This document shows positions 50,301-64,000 of a DNA stretch of 64,000 nt, in pieces. The number at the start of each line of letters is the position of its first letter. The stretch's first letter is position 1. A program made the translations under genes and the position numbers. The notes under the pieces are model-generated. The model was given only the letters and a program-made list of their open reading frames with translations, was not told where the DNA came from and did not search any database. This DNA is from Malacoraja senta (lineage: Eukaryota): positions 3,288,001 to 3,352,000 of the forward strand of contig CM075996.1 in the NCBI GenBank assembly GCA_038087875.1, in the 5' to 3' direction.

Positions 50301-53300
50301 ACCTATGGGTAAGTCTGAAGAAGGGTTTCGGCCCGAAACGTTACCTATTTCCTTCGCTCCATAGATGCTGCTGCACCCGCTGAGTTTCTCCAGCATTTTT
50401 GTGAACCTATGGGTAAGAATGGGCTGGCTCTGAAACACACTCTTGAGTTAATGTGTGAGCCAGCCATGAGGTTCAGTCAGTTAGTGACCTCTGGAGAGGC
50501 ACTCTGCAAGTTCAGAGATCAAAAATAAATTTGCTATTGATTCTAGAAGGATGCTAGGTTATAGCCATCTTCTATTGTTCAAGTTGTGGAGACTTCAGCC
50601 TTGTTCGTCTGGCTTTGAAGTACAATGCATCCATAACATTTTACTGCAATTCTTGGGTTTGGCACATGCAAATATGCAATGGGAAGGATCAATTAAAAAC
50701 TAATATCCCTTCAAATACATTCAATATTACAGTCCAGTAATGTCTACTGGGATATGGGTCATGCCTTTAGTACCAAAGATTAGAAAATCCTACAGCCATC
50801 CTTGGTAAGAAATCTGGTGCATTAAATCAATGGCAGTTCTGTTGTGTCTCGGTTTAGTCATTGAGGGGAATAGCACAATCGTGCAACTCTAATCTACAAG
50901 TTACATCTTCCTTGACAGCCTATGAATCAATTAAGCCATCAGTAGCAGCACGTTAAAAGTGCTGGTACTATTCCACAACAATTTCTACCATAAGGAACCT
51001 CACATGGAATTTATTAATTTCCAGAGATTTCAAAGTCAAAAGATATATTTAAAGTCTGGACCTGTAATTTACAATTAAAACAATGAAATGTACTTAGACA
51101 ATGTGCACACGCTGGCTGGGATTGAAGTATTCTGGGACAAATCTATTGAGAATAAAATGTATAATTTGGTCTTCAAGTATGCCAATACCCATTACATATT
51201 CAGCATGCATGGTAGAAAGGAGTATTAGTCTTGCAACTGCAACATCACAAGCAGGTTTCAGTAGTTTGATTAGGGAAACTACATTTGTATTCATAAAATC
51301 CAAATCAGGTAAAAATCCAGTCAGACAAAACAGAAAACTTCAGTCTGGAAGAATGCACCCATTTTGCTTCATTCCTGTCCAAATTTGTGGAAGATTCATG
51401 GGTATCATCCCCTGTGACGCGGTCATTGTATACATGGGGTCGGTAAACAACTGGGAGAAATCCTCATGCAACACATCCCCACAGGACACGTGCACGCACC
51501 CAAAACTAATGGGGGATCATGGGATAGCTCCATTTTCCTCCTTCCCCCCCCCCACCGATATTTCTTTCCTGGACCTCGGAATAAAGGCTAATCTCAGCAT
51601 CTCTGATGCTGCATTTAATTTAGTTTAGAGATACAACGTAGAAGCAGGCCCCTTTGTCCCAAAGAGTCCGAAACGACTGTCGATCACCCGTGCACTAGTT
51701 CTGTGTTATCCCACTTTTGCATCCTACGCACTATGGGCAATTTACAGAAGCCAATCAACCTACTGCAAATTTACGTGCAAAAATTGCATGTCTTTGGAAT
51801 GTGGGAGGAAACCGGAGCACCCGTAGAAAACCCACGCGGTCACAGGGAGAACGTGCAAACTCCGCCCAGGCTGCATCCATAGCCAGGATCGAACCGGGGT
51901 CTCTGGCACTGCGAGGCAGCAGCTCCACCGCTGCGCCAACATGCCACAGTAATGATAATCTGTTAACAAAGTGGAGAATGAGATACAATGCCAAAGACTC
52001 TTGGGTTCGTCAATTAATAATACTGCACCTTGTGGCGCTCCTTCAAAGAAGATGCCTTACGCCTGAATGGACAACTCCTTCTGCCATTCCGCCACTTGCT
52101 GGAAGACCTTTCCCCAACTACAACTCCTTGTCCACCTGGACACTACACGGCAAACTATAACTATCACCTCCAAATCTGGGGAATATTTTCCTCAATCAAT
52201 ACTCAATGTGTCACCAGGAAAATGGATGAGTGGCCTTGCTATTTGCTTTTCTCATGATATTTGAATGAAATAGTACAGCCCTCAAAATAAGTCATTATTT
52301 TGTGCATGATGTCAAGTATTTTTGTATATGGTACATGTCGCGACAGCCGATTTGACAATTTGGCATTTTGAAGATTCCTTTTCGTGTGTTGCAAAAAAAA
52401 CCTGTCAGGGTGCATATTAGGTTCTGATCACATTCAGAGGCATAGTTAAAAAACACTGATTGGAGTACATCTTTTCCACACACACAAACAGCAGCAATTT
52501 TTCAGATGAGACCATTGGCCAGACACTTGTTTTCTAAGGAGAGGGTAGCTATGAGACGGCTCAAATTTATCAGCTATGATTTTCAATTCAAAGAATCTTG
52601 CTGCTACGAAATGAATGCAAAATATTTAACATTATTAATTAATGACTTACAATAATCACTTTCCAATGCAGTGCATCTTAGTTGGGTACTGTATTGAGAA
52701 TTACATGGCTGATCTCTTGCATAGCCCAGAAATCAAGCAAGCCTGCTTGCATTATACCAGTGAACGTCACCATACAAGAGATCGTACTTTCACTGATGGA
52801 GTTGGGCTGACAAGTCTTTAACAGTTCTCTTTGCCATGTGTCACAGTGCTTGTGAATTGTAGGGGGGGGGGGGGGGGGTTAAATGGTATGTGCAGGTTTA
52901 AACAAAAAGGCACAAACTCAGCAGCATGGCAGGAAATTCATCAAAACTGATGGGATGGATACTGCTTCAATGAGTAACCAGTAAATGGGAAGAAAGGTAT
53001 CTGGTAAGAATTTGGAAAAAAACAAAAATCGCTGACATTAGCACCATTTCTTTGCTCACACTACTTAATCTGCACCGCCCCTCCAAAGGACATTGTAACT
53101 CTTCCAGGGATGGCAGGACTTTTAAAATTTGTGCTTGCTGATTTAGTCAAGTTAGGAAGGAAAGATCTGATGCTTGCAAGGAAGAATATATACAACATAG
53201 TGGCTTTAATGGGAGAGCGGGTTTGAGATTGACATATACATATATATATATTTATATCTTTTTAAAAAATTCATTAGACCAGAAAAGTGGTACTGATGAA

Positions 53301-54201
53301 AAAAAGGTTCTCTCAAAGACTCACCATCCAGTGAACACATAAGTACTTTTTTCACACTGATTAAAAATATATTTGAGAATCTTATCTGTATCTTCTGAAC
53401 TAACAGATTGCTCTGAAAACACTTCTAACACAGGCATTTGGCAAAAAAAACATAGAATCTGCTTTTATTCACCACCCTGTCGTGCCAAAACCCTTCCCAC
53501 CAAAACAGAGTGAAGCAACACAGATCCAAGTTTTACACCATTTCAATTATCTTACTGGAAAAATTAAGAATGGGATGGGTCTGACTTTGTTGAGGCTCAG
53601 TCCGTCACAATGCCTTGAAAAATCAAGTATGCAGTCTATTGCAAGTTGTATTTATTTTGGGAGTATTTCAGACAATGCAATAAATCCAATTATCCTATGG
53701 TCACTGCTGATCAATTTTCACTGCTTTTCCAAACGATTGTTGGAACTGCAGTGAAAACAATTATAAAAATAAAAAGAACAGAGTTAATACAAGTATGGGT
53801 TATCACTTTAACAGTCCGCATCATGTCACATTTAGGAATGTTTCTCTTTAAATTTTCTTCGACCGATTAAGAATCATAGAATAAGCAGAATATCCCATTG
53901 TTGCTGCTGCCTCAGTAATTACTCTAAGAGTCCAACATCTTCAGTCACAGTGAGTCTGCCGTGAAAAGAAATGCAACTTTTCTTTGCGGAGGTAAGCAGC
54001 ACATTTCGACGCAATATCCTGTATTTATTGTGCTGCCTCATTTATATCATGACCCTCTTATATATATATACAGTGTAGTGTACACAGGTACTAACTGAGT
54101 CTGAGACATCTATAGAAAAACTACAACACGTCATGCATGATGTAAGAAAAGAAATGAAAAAATATCTTGGGATTTTTCTGTCTGTTTTGATTTTTTATGC
54201 A

Positions 54202-54624
54202 TTAATTACCCTGAGTCGACATCACATCAGTCGACTGGGGGTCACAAAAAGGTCCATATCGGCCGTAAATGTCCTTCGCTCGGACTGCGAAGTAATACTT
54301 GCTTCCAGACACAAACTGAGTGAGAGTGCAGGCCATGGGAAGGGGCAGCGCCTTCACTTCCCCGATCTTCTTCCACTGAGATGGCGTGGTGGTGGCGGCA
54401 GGGTCTTCGTGGTAGGCATAGAGATGATAACTGTCCACAGGCACGCAAGTGCGGTCCACTTCCGAAACACTCCAGGACAAGACAATTCCGTTTTGGCTCT
54501 GGACACGGGCCAACTTCAGTTGGGGCTTCTGGGGCGGGGAGGTGTTGGCTGCCTCGGGAGGTAGCCGCTGCGGTGCCTGGGCTTCAGGGAGCGGCGCCGG
54601 GTGGATGGGTCGCGGTGGCTCCTG
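54202..54624 (-). CDS. ATF7IP: ATF7IP (MCAF1) terminal exon, fibronectin type III domain
   Basis: [14 protein letters not shown]...[22 protein letters not shown]...[51 protein letters not shown], near-identical to my recollection of the ATF7IP C-terminus. NAGNAG acceptor at 54624/54621. Confidence 0.95.
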   Translation of the reverse strand, partial: QEPPRPIHPAPLPEAQAPQRLPPEAANTSPPQKPQLKLARVQSQNGIVLSWSVSEVDRTCVPVDSYHLYAYHEDPAATTTPSQWKKIGEVKALPLPMACTLTQFVSGSKYYFAVRAKDIYGRYGPFCDPQSTDVMSTQGN

Positions 54625-56331
54625 CTACAAAACAAAGGAGACGGAATCATTCACAAGCTCTTCAAAGGGTGGAGAATCCCCATCCATGCTTTCATAAGAT
54701 GTAGCAGCATTAGGCCATTCAGCCCATCCAGCCCATCAAGTCCACTCCACCATTCAATCATGGCTGATCTATCTCTCCCTCTCAACCCCATTCTCCAGCC
54801 TTCTCCCCATAACCCCTGACACCCGTATTAATCAAGAATCTATCAATCTCCACAGTAAAAATATCCATTGATGGCCTCCACAGCCATCTGTGGCAATTAA
54901 TTCTACAGATTCACAAGCCCCTGACTAAAGAAATTCCTCCTCATCTCCTTTTTAAAGGTACATCCTTTTAATCTGAGGCTATGGCCTCCGGTCATAGATT
55001 CTCCCACTAGTGGAAACATCCTCTCCACATCTACTCTATTTCTACTATTTATACCTTGCGAATGGAGTTGAGTTTAGGAGCAAGAAGGTCCAAGTGCAGT
55101 TGTACAGGGTCCTGGTGAGACCGCACCCAAGAGTATTGTGTGCAATTCTGGTCGCTTAATTTGAGGAAGGACATTATTGCAATTGAGGGAGTGCAGCGTA
55201 AGTTCACCAGGTTAATTTTCGGGATTGTGTTGCTGACATATGATGAAAAAATGGGTCGACTGGGCTTGGATTCACTGGAATTTAGAAGGATCAGAGGGGG
55301 ATCTTATTGGACAGGCTAGATGCAGGAAAAATGTTCCCGATGTTGGGGGATTCAAGAACAAGAGGTCACAGTTTAAGAATAAGGGGTAGGCCATTTAGAA
55401 CTGAGGTGAGGAAAAACTTTTACACCCAGAGAGTTGTGAATCTGTAGAATTCTCTGCCACAGAAGGCAGTGGAGGCCAATTCACTGCTTGTCTCTGCGTC
55501 GTTACTGCATGCACCTCAGTAAGAAAGAGTTAGATTTAGCTCTTGGGGTTAAAGGAATCAAGGGATATGGGGAGAAGACAGGAACGGGGTACTGATTTAG
55601 ATGATCAGCCATGATCAGCTGGCTTGAAGGGCCGAATGGCCTACTCCGGCACCTTTTTTCCCTCTTTTTTTCTTGGGTACTGTCGGTGGGGAGTTTGCAC
55701 GTTCTCCCTGCGGCCATTTCAGCTGCTCTGGTTTCCACTCACATTCCAGACACATGCAGGTTTGTAGGTTAATTGGCCTCTTTTGCCCTGGTGTGTACGG
55801 AGTAGAGGGGAAAGTGGGATAACTTTCTTGAACTAGTGTTAACGGATGGTCGATGGACAGCGTGGATGGTGAGCTTCTTATGGAAGATAATTTTGCACCA
55901 CACGTACAAACAGGTGAAAATCTGGAACTTCTTAAATGGATTATTGATTGAAAGATAGACCATGGAAACAGGCCCTTCGGCCCAAGTACACGCTGACTTA
56001 TCAATCACCCGTTTCCAGACTTTGTCCTTATCAATCTTTCTTATCCAGCTTCCTCTGACCTCCTACAATCAGTCTAAAGGGTCCTGCACAAGAAATGTCG
56101 TCTATCCATTCCCTCCAGACGCTGCCTGACCCACTGAGTTACTCCAGAACTCCGTGTCATGTCCACATTTTCAAATTGACATGACATGATCCCCCCCCCC
56201 CCCCCACAAATTATCAGAAAAGCAACATTTTAATTAGCCGTTTATTGATTAACTCACCAAATCCCTATCACCGGATATACTGAATAACTGATGGCACAAT
56301 GTGTTCAGATGCACACTCGCAAATGCCTTAC

Positions 56332-56441
56332 CTGTGAAGGGCGGTGATGTACCGTGAACTGAGGCATATTCGGCATCATTGGGATGGAGATCACATTGTT
56401 GACAATGTACGAGGTTTGAGGCAGCCGAATTGACATTCCTG
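56332..56441 (-). CDS. ATF7IP: ATF7IP exon
   Basis: GMSIRLPQTSYIVNN...QFTVHHRPSQ, donor |gtaagg. Phase fits neighbouring exons. NAGNAG acceptor. Confidence 0.85.
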
Positions 56442-56893
56442 CTGAGAGAAGGAAAGACTTTACTTTGGAGAACAGAGTGAGCTTTAACAACAACACTGGC
56501 AGGTTAGTGGGTGATTAGGAGGAGAGGTAGCAGGGGGCGGTTAATTGGTGGCAAAATGATGGACAAGTATTTAACTTACAAATGCGATTGTGTAGAAGTA
56601 TTATGAGCAACAACAACAAAAAAAGCCATGTCAACAATTCCTATTCAAGTTTGCCAAACCATTGGTTGTTTTTATCTGGGATTTGAGTTTCTTCAGAATC
56701 TTAAACTGGGGTTTCCAAAATCTCACACTCAAAGCATTCAACAGCTTGCTTCTAAAGGAACTTGAGGAATATCACAGGCTTGCTAACATGAAAACAGGAA
56801 ACATCTATGATAAGAGAAGCATGGAGTCAAACATGTTAGGTTTTCTTTCATTTTTTGAAACAATGAATTAAAATGCACGGAGGTGATTCTTAC

Positions 56894-57112
56894 CAGTGAC
56901 AGGGGGCTGAGGACTGGGCTGTCGTATTGCTTGGCTCTGCGTTGTCACTGCACGCACTGCATTATGACTTGGGTATGCAGGGGGCGCTGTGTAAACCGCT
57001 GGATTGGTGCTTATTCTTTGGAGAGCAGGAAGTGGCAGTCTGACCGGATTCTGTGAAGGGGGTGGCGGCATCTGAGGACGTTGAAGCTGCAATATGTTAA
57101 CACTCGTTTGCC
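56894..57112 (-). CDS. ATF7IP: ATF7IP exon (Pro/Gln/Thr-rich)
   Basis: Acceptor cacag|GG, translates ...QRPQMPPPPSQNPVRLPLP...IRQPSPQPPVT, donor G|gtaaga. 219 nt, phase 1-1. Confidence 0.82.
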
Positions 57113-57199
57113 CTGTGAACGGAACACATTAAATGTTATGGCAAATCTGCTCAATAATCTTAATAATACATTAATTTTTAAGCCTTACTAACTAAAGGC

Positions 57200-57436
57200 T
57201 TATCTGAAGATTGACACAAAAATGCTGGAGTAACTCAGCGGGACAGGCAGCATCTCTGGATAGAAAGAATGGGTGACGTTTTGGGTCGAGACCCTTCTTC
57301 AGACTGAGAAAGAAGGATCGCGACCCGAAACATCACCCATTCCTGTTATCCAGTGATGCTGCCTGTCCCGCTGCGTTACTCCAGCATTTTGTGGCTATCT
57401 TCGGTGTAAACCAACATCTGCAGTTCCTTCCTACAC
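57200..57436. mobile_element. Palindromic short repeat, probably derived from a Penelope-like element end; representative of dozens of full or half copies
   Basis: Left arm ...GCTGGAGTAACTCAGCGGGACAGGCAGCATCTCTGG...GGGTCGAGACCCTTCTTCAG is followed by its reverse complement. Confidence 0.75.
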
Positions 57437-58834
57437 TTAAAGACTTACCTGTATATTACACCTATCATGACCTCAAAATGTCTTAACGTCTTACAGCCAA
57501 CTCAGTACTTTACTGAAATTTATAGTTGCTGCTGAAATTGAGGGAATACATCCCTCTAAACCTGTCTTATCCATGGAATGTATTGTACTCAAGTTACTCT
57601 TTTTAACAGAACTAAAGAAAGGACAGAACAAATACTTAAATAGTCTTTTTCACAGCTTGGGATGTTTCACAACCTTATTCAGCAGTAAAGACATCATTGC
57701 AATACAGAAATGCAGTGAATTCCTAGGCAAGCTCCTACAAATGTGACATGGACCAAATAAATTCTTTAAGGAATATCTGTTTAAGTAGAAAAAAAATGTT
57801 TTTCTTCACATGATGGGATTATTTAATGTCCACACAGGGATTAATTATTTAGAAATTAAGCCGATAAACACTTTTTTGTTTTTAACTATTAGACGATTAA
57901 AATTGATTATTTTTGGAATGAAAAGTAATTACAAACTCCTGCGTTGCATTGTACCTCTTTGGAAATTTACCAGGACACGTCAGTGATGAGTCACCCATGC
58001 GCCCCTCAAGATTTCCTCGTCAGTAGTGCAGAGGATGGAGATTATTCCTCATGCAACATTCTTTTTGCAGCATTGAAGAGCAGCAGGTTCTTATCAGTGG
58101 GAAAGGTAGACCGCAAAACCAGCCATGTTGTGTACACCTTATACATCTCTACATCCCTGACACTCACAACCATAACCCGCTCCCATTACCCCTCATCTCC
58201 ATCCCGCACCACATTGTGGATACAGTGGGTGTGGAGAGGATGTTTCCACGTGGGAGAGTCTAGGATCAGAGGCCATCGCCTCAGAGTAAAGGAGATGAGG
58301 AGGAATTCCTTTAGCCAGAGGGTGCTGAATCAGTGAAATTCATTGCCAGGGACGGCTGTGGAGGCCAAGTCAATGGATATTGTTAAGGCGGAAATTGACA
58401 GATTCTTGATTAATAAGAGTGTCACGATTAGTAAGGGTTAGCACCACGCTTAAAGGTCCCAATCGACTGCAACAAATGTCTCCACCTGACCATCCAAATC
58501 TCTTCCAATATCCCACCTACCCAACCATCCAAAACTGTGTCGGTATCTTGAAATTCTCTCTGATTTGCCTCCATTTATTGATGTCCACTCCTCTCACATA
58601 AACCTCCATCAGGCTTTCATCTTGGAACCATGCAACTGAATTTTGCAGTGGCATACGGCGGGAGGAAAGAGGCCACGTATAAAGTAGCTTTTTAGCACCT
58701 TACTCCCAAGGTCATTAGGATGCACTAGAATTTCTTGATAGATTCTCATACAAAATAATGTGGCAGTATCATGATGACATGATCGTTAGTAAAGTGATGT
58801 TCAATATTGGATGCAATACCTGTCAATACTCTAC

Positions 58835-59047
58835 CTGCAGACATGCTTTGCACACTGGCCGTCTGCACAGTTAACGCGATCGTACTGGGGCTGGTCTGGC
58901 TTGCTGGTAAGTGGGACGGTGTGGTGGTCTGCTGTGGAGACATTCCCTGGGGGGCTGCAGGAGGTCGAACCTGGGTCGGGATGGTGGGCGAGGATACCAG
59001 AATCTGGCTCGTTGCTTGGCTTACAGGCTGATTGTGTTTCTTGGAAC
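58835..59047 (-). CDS. ATF7IP: ATF7IP exon (low-complexity S/T/P/Q)
   Basis: Acceptor gaccag|GT, translates SKKHNQPVSQ...TIALTVQTASVQSMSA, donor G|gtagag. 213 nt, phase 1-1. An alternative in-frame donor lies 15 nt further on. Confidence 0.75.
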
Positions 59048-60340
59048 CTGGTCAAGAAAAAAATCGTCAAACTAATGCAAGCATATTGTATAACAACTCT
59101 CAGACAAAGAATTGGAACATTTTGTGAGCATTATCCATTTATTAACAGTACCCTGATGCAAGTTCACATGCGTTAAATTGTAAAAATGAGCATCTGGTCT
59201 TTATAGCCAAATTGATATCTCATTTAGTCTACTCTCTAAATAGCCCCTATGTACCACTCATAGAATTTCTGATCTGTTTTATTTTGTATGTCATGAAGAT
59301 TGCCATAGTAAGAAAATCCTCAGAAAATGATTTTAAATGTTTAACTTGCCTTGAATGATCAGGAAATTATTTTCTACAGAAAACATCTGTTTGGACCCAT
59401 TAGGTTCAATGGCCAATTTCTCCGATGTAAATATTAACACGGCTAATTGACAAAAATATCTACGTTTTACTGCTGCAATGTTATTTTCTTTTACACGGTG
59501 GCACAGAGTTAGAGTGGCTGCCTTACAGCGCTAGAGACCCGTGTTCGATCCACAGACAGGTGCTGTCTGTACAGAATTTGTACGTTCTCCCCGTGACCTG
59601 CATGGGTTTTGTCCGGGATCTCCAGTTTTCTCCCACACTCCAAAGACGTACAGACTTGTAGGCTAATTGGCTTGGTAAAAATGGTAAAATGTTCCTCGTG
59701 TGTGTAGGATAGTCCTAGTGTGCAGGGATCGCTGGTAGGCATGTGGATTCAGTGGGCCAAAGGGCCAGTTTCCGCCCTGTGTCTCTAAACTAAAGTAATA
59801 AACGTTTGCCTGATGTACTTTTAAAAACGTGCCGGCTAAGATGGAACCTCATAATGTGGTCTCCAAAGGGATTTTTACTGATCCCAGAAATTGACAATAA
59901 AAATACATACGATAAACCCACTGTAAGTTGGGCCAAGCAGTTATTCTGCATCAGAGTCAGGCAAGATCGACACAAAACGTTGGAATAACACAGCCGGTCA
60001 GGCTGCATCTCTGGAGGAAAGGAATAGGTGAAGTTTTGAGTTGGAACCGTTCTTCAGACTGCCATCTGCAAGCAGTCTGAAGAAGGGTTCCGACCCAAAA
60101 CATCGCCTTCCTTTCCTCCAGAGATGCTACCTGACCCACTGAGTTACTCCAGCATTTTGTATCTATCTTTGGTATAAACCAGCACCCGCAGTTCCTTCCT
60201 ACACTCAGAATTAGATAAGTCAGCTGGAATTTTGTTAAAAAAAAGCTACAGCATTCAAAGCTACAGGTAACTTTCAGTGGAGAGTTATGCATCACCAAAT
60301 ACAGGGAGCTGCACAAGAAATATGGTGGAAGAGGTTATAC

Positions 60341-60419
60341 CTTGTGCAGACATTTCATCTTCATCATCACCCGTCAGGTCAATGACGGGTCCCGTGTCAC
60401 TTCCTCCTGTCTTTCCACT
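60341..60419 (-). CDS. ATF7IP: ATF7IP exon containing the SUMO-interacting motif
   Basis: Acceptor ttctttcag|, translates SGKTGGSDTGPVIDLTGDDEDEMSAQ, donor G|gtataa. VIDLT plus an acidic tract matches the MCAF1 SIM. Confidence 0.88.
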
Positions 60420-60810
60420 CTGAAAGAAAAAACTGCTGTTTTGCGATGGGATTCCTCGATGGACTATACATCAAAATCTGCTCACGTCACTACATAGAGA
60501 CCAGTCAGGTGTGAACTGTGTTGTGGCTGCTCACCATCTTCTCTGGCTTCACTTAATTGTTGATAAACGATAATTTTAATCCTCCATAAATTTTAACACA
60601 AAGACTGGTGTTATAAATCATAATAATAATCAACACTATCCATTGACAGCTTTGAATGTTGATAATTGTGCGTCTTACCCATTGAACGTCACTGAGACTT
60701 AAAGAATGATGCAGGTCAGGCATATTTGTGGCTAAAAGATGGTAAACATTTTACGACACGTTAAACCAATTTCCCCCTTAATCCTCAAAGTTTTAGCTGA
60801 AAGATCTAAA

Positions 60811-61080
60811 GGGCCTGTCCCACGGGCAGGCGATTCCATGCGGCAAGCGTGACCCAACACGAAGCGGGGGCCGCGCGGAGGTCGATCCCACGTAGATCGC
60901 TGGAGCCGTATGGAGTTGGTCCCGACACCGCTCGAACTGGACGTCCGCGCACCCCCCGCTTCCGGTAAGGTCGCGCTCACCGCATGGAATCGCATGCCCG
61001 TGGGACAGGCCCTGGCGCGGCCCCCACTTCCGGTTAGGTCGCGCTTGCTGCATGGAGTCGCCTGCCCGTGGGACAGGCCC
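60811..61080. mobile_element. MITE with the same GGGCCTGTCCCAC termini and TAAA/TTAA flanks
   Basis: ~44-bp imperfect TIRs, an extra internal copy of the right TIR at ~60981-61011, very CpG-rich. Confidence 0.82.
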
Positions 61081-64000
61081 TTAAGTCACCCTCCGATTTC
61101 CAACGAGGAAACAGGTATCTGAGGTTATCAGATTCAGATTCAATCTTTATTGTCATTGTGCAGTGTACAGTACAGAGACAACGAAATGCAGTTAGCATCT
61201 CACCCAGAAGAGCGAACATATGGGGAGAAGGCAGGAGAATGGGGTTAGGAGGGAGGGATAGATCAGCCATGATTGAATGGAGGAGTAGACTTGATGCGCT
61301 GTATGGCCTAATTCTACTCCTATCACTTTTGATCTTAAGAAACTCTACCCAAAGAGCCATGTGATACCTCTACCGTGTCCATGTAAATTGAGAGGCACTA
61401 AATCTTCCTTCACCAACTTCCTCCCATTATCTTTGTAGCCTCTGCCTTTCATTTAGTGGGGTGAGGGGAGGATCAAATTGCCAACCGTCACATCCATGGG
61501 GAACCTCCCAGTCTTTCTCGCTAAGCAGTAGACGATGGAAATATTAAAGTTAGTATAGTTTAATGTTATGTGTGTCAAGGTACAGCGAAAAGCTTTTTGT
61601 TGCATGCTTTCCATTTCTATAGTCAATATAAGACAATGTAATATAATACAAGGAATAGGATATTCTTGCTTGTGCCAGCATCTTCCTTCAATATGGCCAT
61701 TGTTGATCGTCTATCACAATGACGGTTTCCTGAACTAATCCGCATTCCCCCAATTCTCTTCGGCAACATTGAAAGTTACTCTGATGATGGACGCAAAGTG
61801 CTGGAGTAATTCAGCGGGTTTAGTTTAGTTTCTTGTCACGTGTACCGAGGTACAGTGAAAAGCCTTTCTTGTGTGCTAACTAGTTAGTGGAAAGACAATA
61901 CATGATTACAATTGAGCCATTTACAGTGTATGGATACACGATAGGGGAATAACGTTTTGTGCAAGGTAAAGCCAGTAAAGTCTGATCAATGATAGTCCGA
62001 GGGTCACCAATGAGGTAGATAGTAGTTCAGCACTGCTCTCTAGTTGTGGTAGGACGATTCAGTTGCCTGATAACAGCTGGGAAGAAACTGTCCCCGAATC
62101 TGGAGGTGTGTGTGTTTCATACTTGTATACCTTTTGCCTGATGGGAGAGGAGGGATGGGTCAGGCAGCATCTCTGGAGAAAACGGACAGGTGATGTTTCG
62201 GTTCTGGACCTTTTTTCAGACTGACTATTCTATTGGTCTCTACAACAGATGTTTTTATAACCAAACTCATGAGTAATTTCCTGTTTTTTAAAGTAGATGG
62301 TTAGATATGGCCTGGTTTTTATAACAATTTTGCAGCAGAGAAATTGTAATTAACCTATTGATCTAATAAATGGATCTATTTTATTTGGTTTAACTACACC
62401 TCATTGCAGTATTTTCCACAATCTCATTGCTATTTGAAAGAAGTTGCTCTAACTCCCAATTTGATTTAATATTGATTATCTAGTTTTTAACAACCTCTTA
62501 ATTTAGGACTTCATACTAACTTTAAAAAATTAAAATTAGCTTTATATCTATTAACATTTCTGTAGTTTTCTTGCAACAGTTGTTAACCTGGCAGGGATGG
62601 TTCTTGCTCTTTGAACATTTTTCAATTCAATCTACAAAATCTGGAGTTATTGGGAAAAACCTGACCAATTCATCTGTTACTACTCCATTCGCTCTCTATT
62701 CAGGCTGGTAACTATTGGACCCTGAAAATGTGGATACTTAATTTATCCGTGGACTTCATTCGATTTTCCCCCCCGATTAAATTTTTTTTTTTTAAGTATC
62801 TTCCGTATTGTTTCTCTGGTTCTCACATATCAATGGTATTCTCTATTCCCGCCTATAAAAAGTACATATTTAACATATCTATATCCTGTTTATTCAGCAT
62901 ATTTTCTCTTTGGCTTGAGGTTCAGTGATCAAAAATTGTAAGCAACTAGTTTTTGAGTCACAACTGCCTAATTCAGCCACCCATAGCATACATTTAGTTT
63001 TTTCTTCCCAGAAACTAACTCATCTGGTGAGTATTTCCAGCATCTCTGACTTCAGATTGCCAGAACTCCTGTGAACTACATCTTTGTTTCAGCATGTATT
63101 TCTCGTTTCTATTGCTCTCATTTATATCTTACTCCTCCAGATATATCAGGTGTGATTAACAAAAATGTGTTTTCCTCTGTTACACTGCACAAAAGCAAAA
63201 TAATATTAAATGAACTCCGCATATCACAGGTATTCTCTTTGTCCCCTCTCTTCCTTCTCTGCAACTTAAAATGGGCATGGTTTCTCATTCTTGCGGTTTT
63301 ATAGCTACTGAGGCTGCCATGGAACGAAGTCTGAAGAAGGGCCTCGACCCAAAACGTCACCCATTCCTTCTTTCCAGAGATGCTGCCTGTCCCGCTGAGT
63401 CACTCCAGCATTTTGCTTCTAACTTCACTATTAGCAATTAGTCAGATTGTTCCATAACAGTCTTCAGGGAACTAGATCATAGCAGCAAGTACCAAGACTC
63501 CGAACTTTGGCAGTCATTCAAATCTAAAGAAGTGCAGCATATGGGAATCAATATGGGCAAGTCCTAGTGAAGACCCACTTTTGGGTCCATTTCCTCATTG
63601 TTTAACTGTGAATTAACCATGATGGTTATACAAACCAGTAATCCAATTTCCGACATTAAGTCAGAAGTAGAACAATGCACTTTGAAGATGTTGTCACATT
63701 TGTGAAATAGAACAGGGAAATGTTCTAACAACCACGCTTGGTTCTTTCATAACCTGAAGAGCTTAGTCCAATTACCCAATGGGCAGAACTTCCAAAAAAT
63801 AGGCTATCATACTTTTGAAATGCAAAATAGTAACAGTGCCCTCCATAATGTTTGCGACAAAGACCCATCATTTATTTATTTTCCTCTGTACTCCACAATT
63901 TGAGATTTGTAATAGAAAAAAATCACATGTGGTTAAAGTGCACAGTCAGATTTTATTAAAGGGTATTTTTACACATTTTAGTTTCACCACGTCGAAATTA

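Noticed and set aside
51101..51628. 175-aa plus-strand ORF
   Set aside because: No recognisable domain or splice context. It lies downstream of the ATF7IP stop and is probably a chance ORF.
60420..64000. Further upstream ATF7IP exons
   Set aside because: I could not identify a convincing exon. The region appears to be intron with repeat fragments.

Overview
This is vertebrate genomic DNA, intron-rich and repeat-dense. The repeat landscape (V-SINE/HE1-like SINEs, CR1/HER1-like and Rex1-like LINE fragments, palindromic Penelope-derived repeats) suggests a cartilaginous fish such as a skate or ray (inference). Four multi-exon genes were reconstructed by hand from splice sites and reading phase. 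(1) MIEF1/MiD51 on the minus strand is complete at 459 aa. Its 5' leader carries an intact 70-aa LYR-motif microprotein ORF (AltMiD51/MIURF, 12031-12243) preceded by two tiny uORFs, so the mRNA looks bicistronic. (2) EIF3L on the minus strand has 14 coding exons found, but the ATG exon was not found. It shows two -1 frameshifts, one compensated indel pair, a GC-AG intron and a duplicated exon-end remnant. (3) The last three coding exons of ANKRD54 are on the plus strand. (4) The last five coding exons of ATF7IP/MCAF1 are on the minus strand and include the SIM and FN3 domain. The window also holds a G-free 27-bp minisatellite with a probable false duplication across an N-gap, a 2.5-kb (TA)n(CA)n array, TTAA-type and hAT-type MITEs, an RTE-derived short element with a perfect 13-bp TSD, and many palindromic repeats with minimal hammerhead-ribozyme-like cores. 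All homology calls are from recall, not from database searches.
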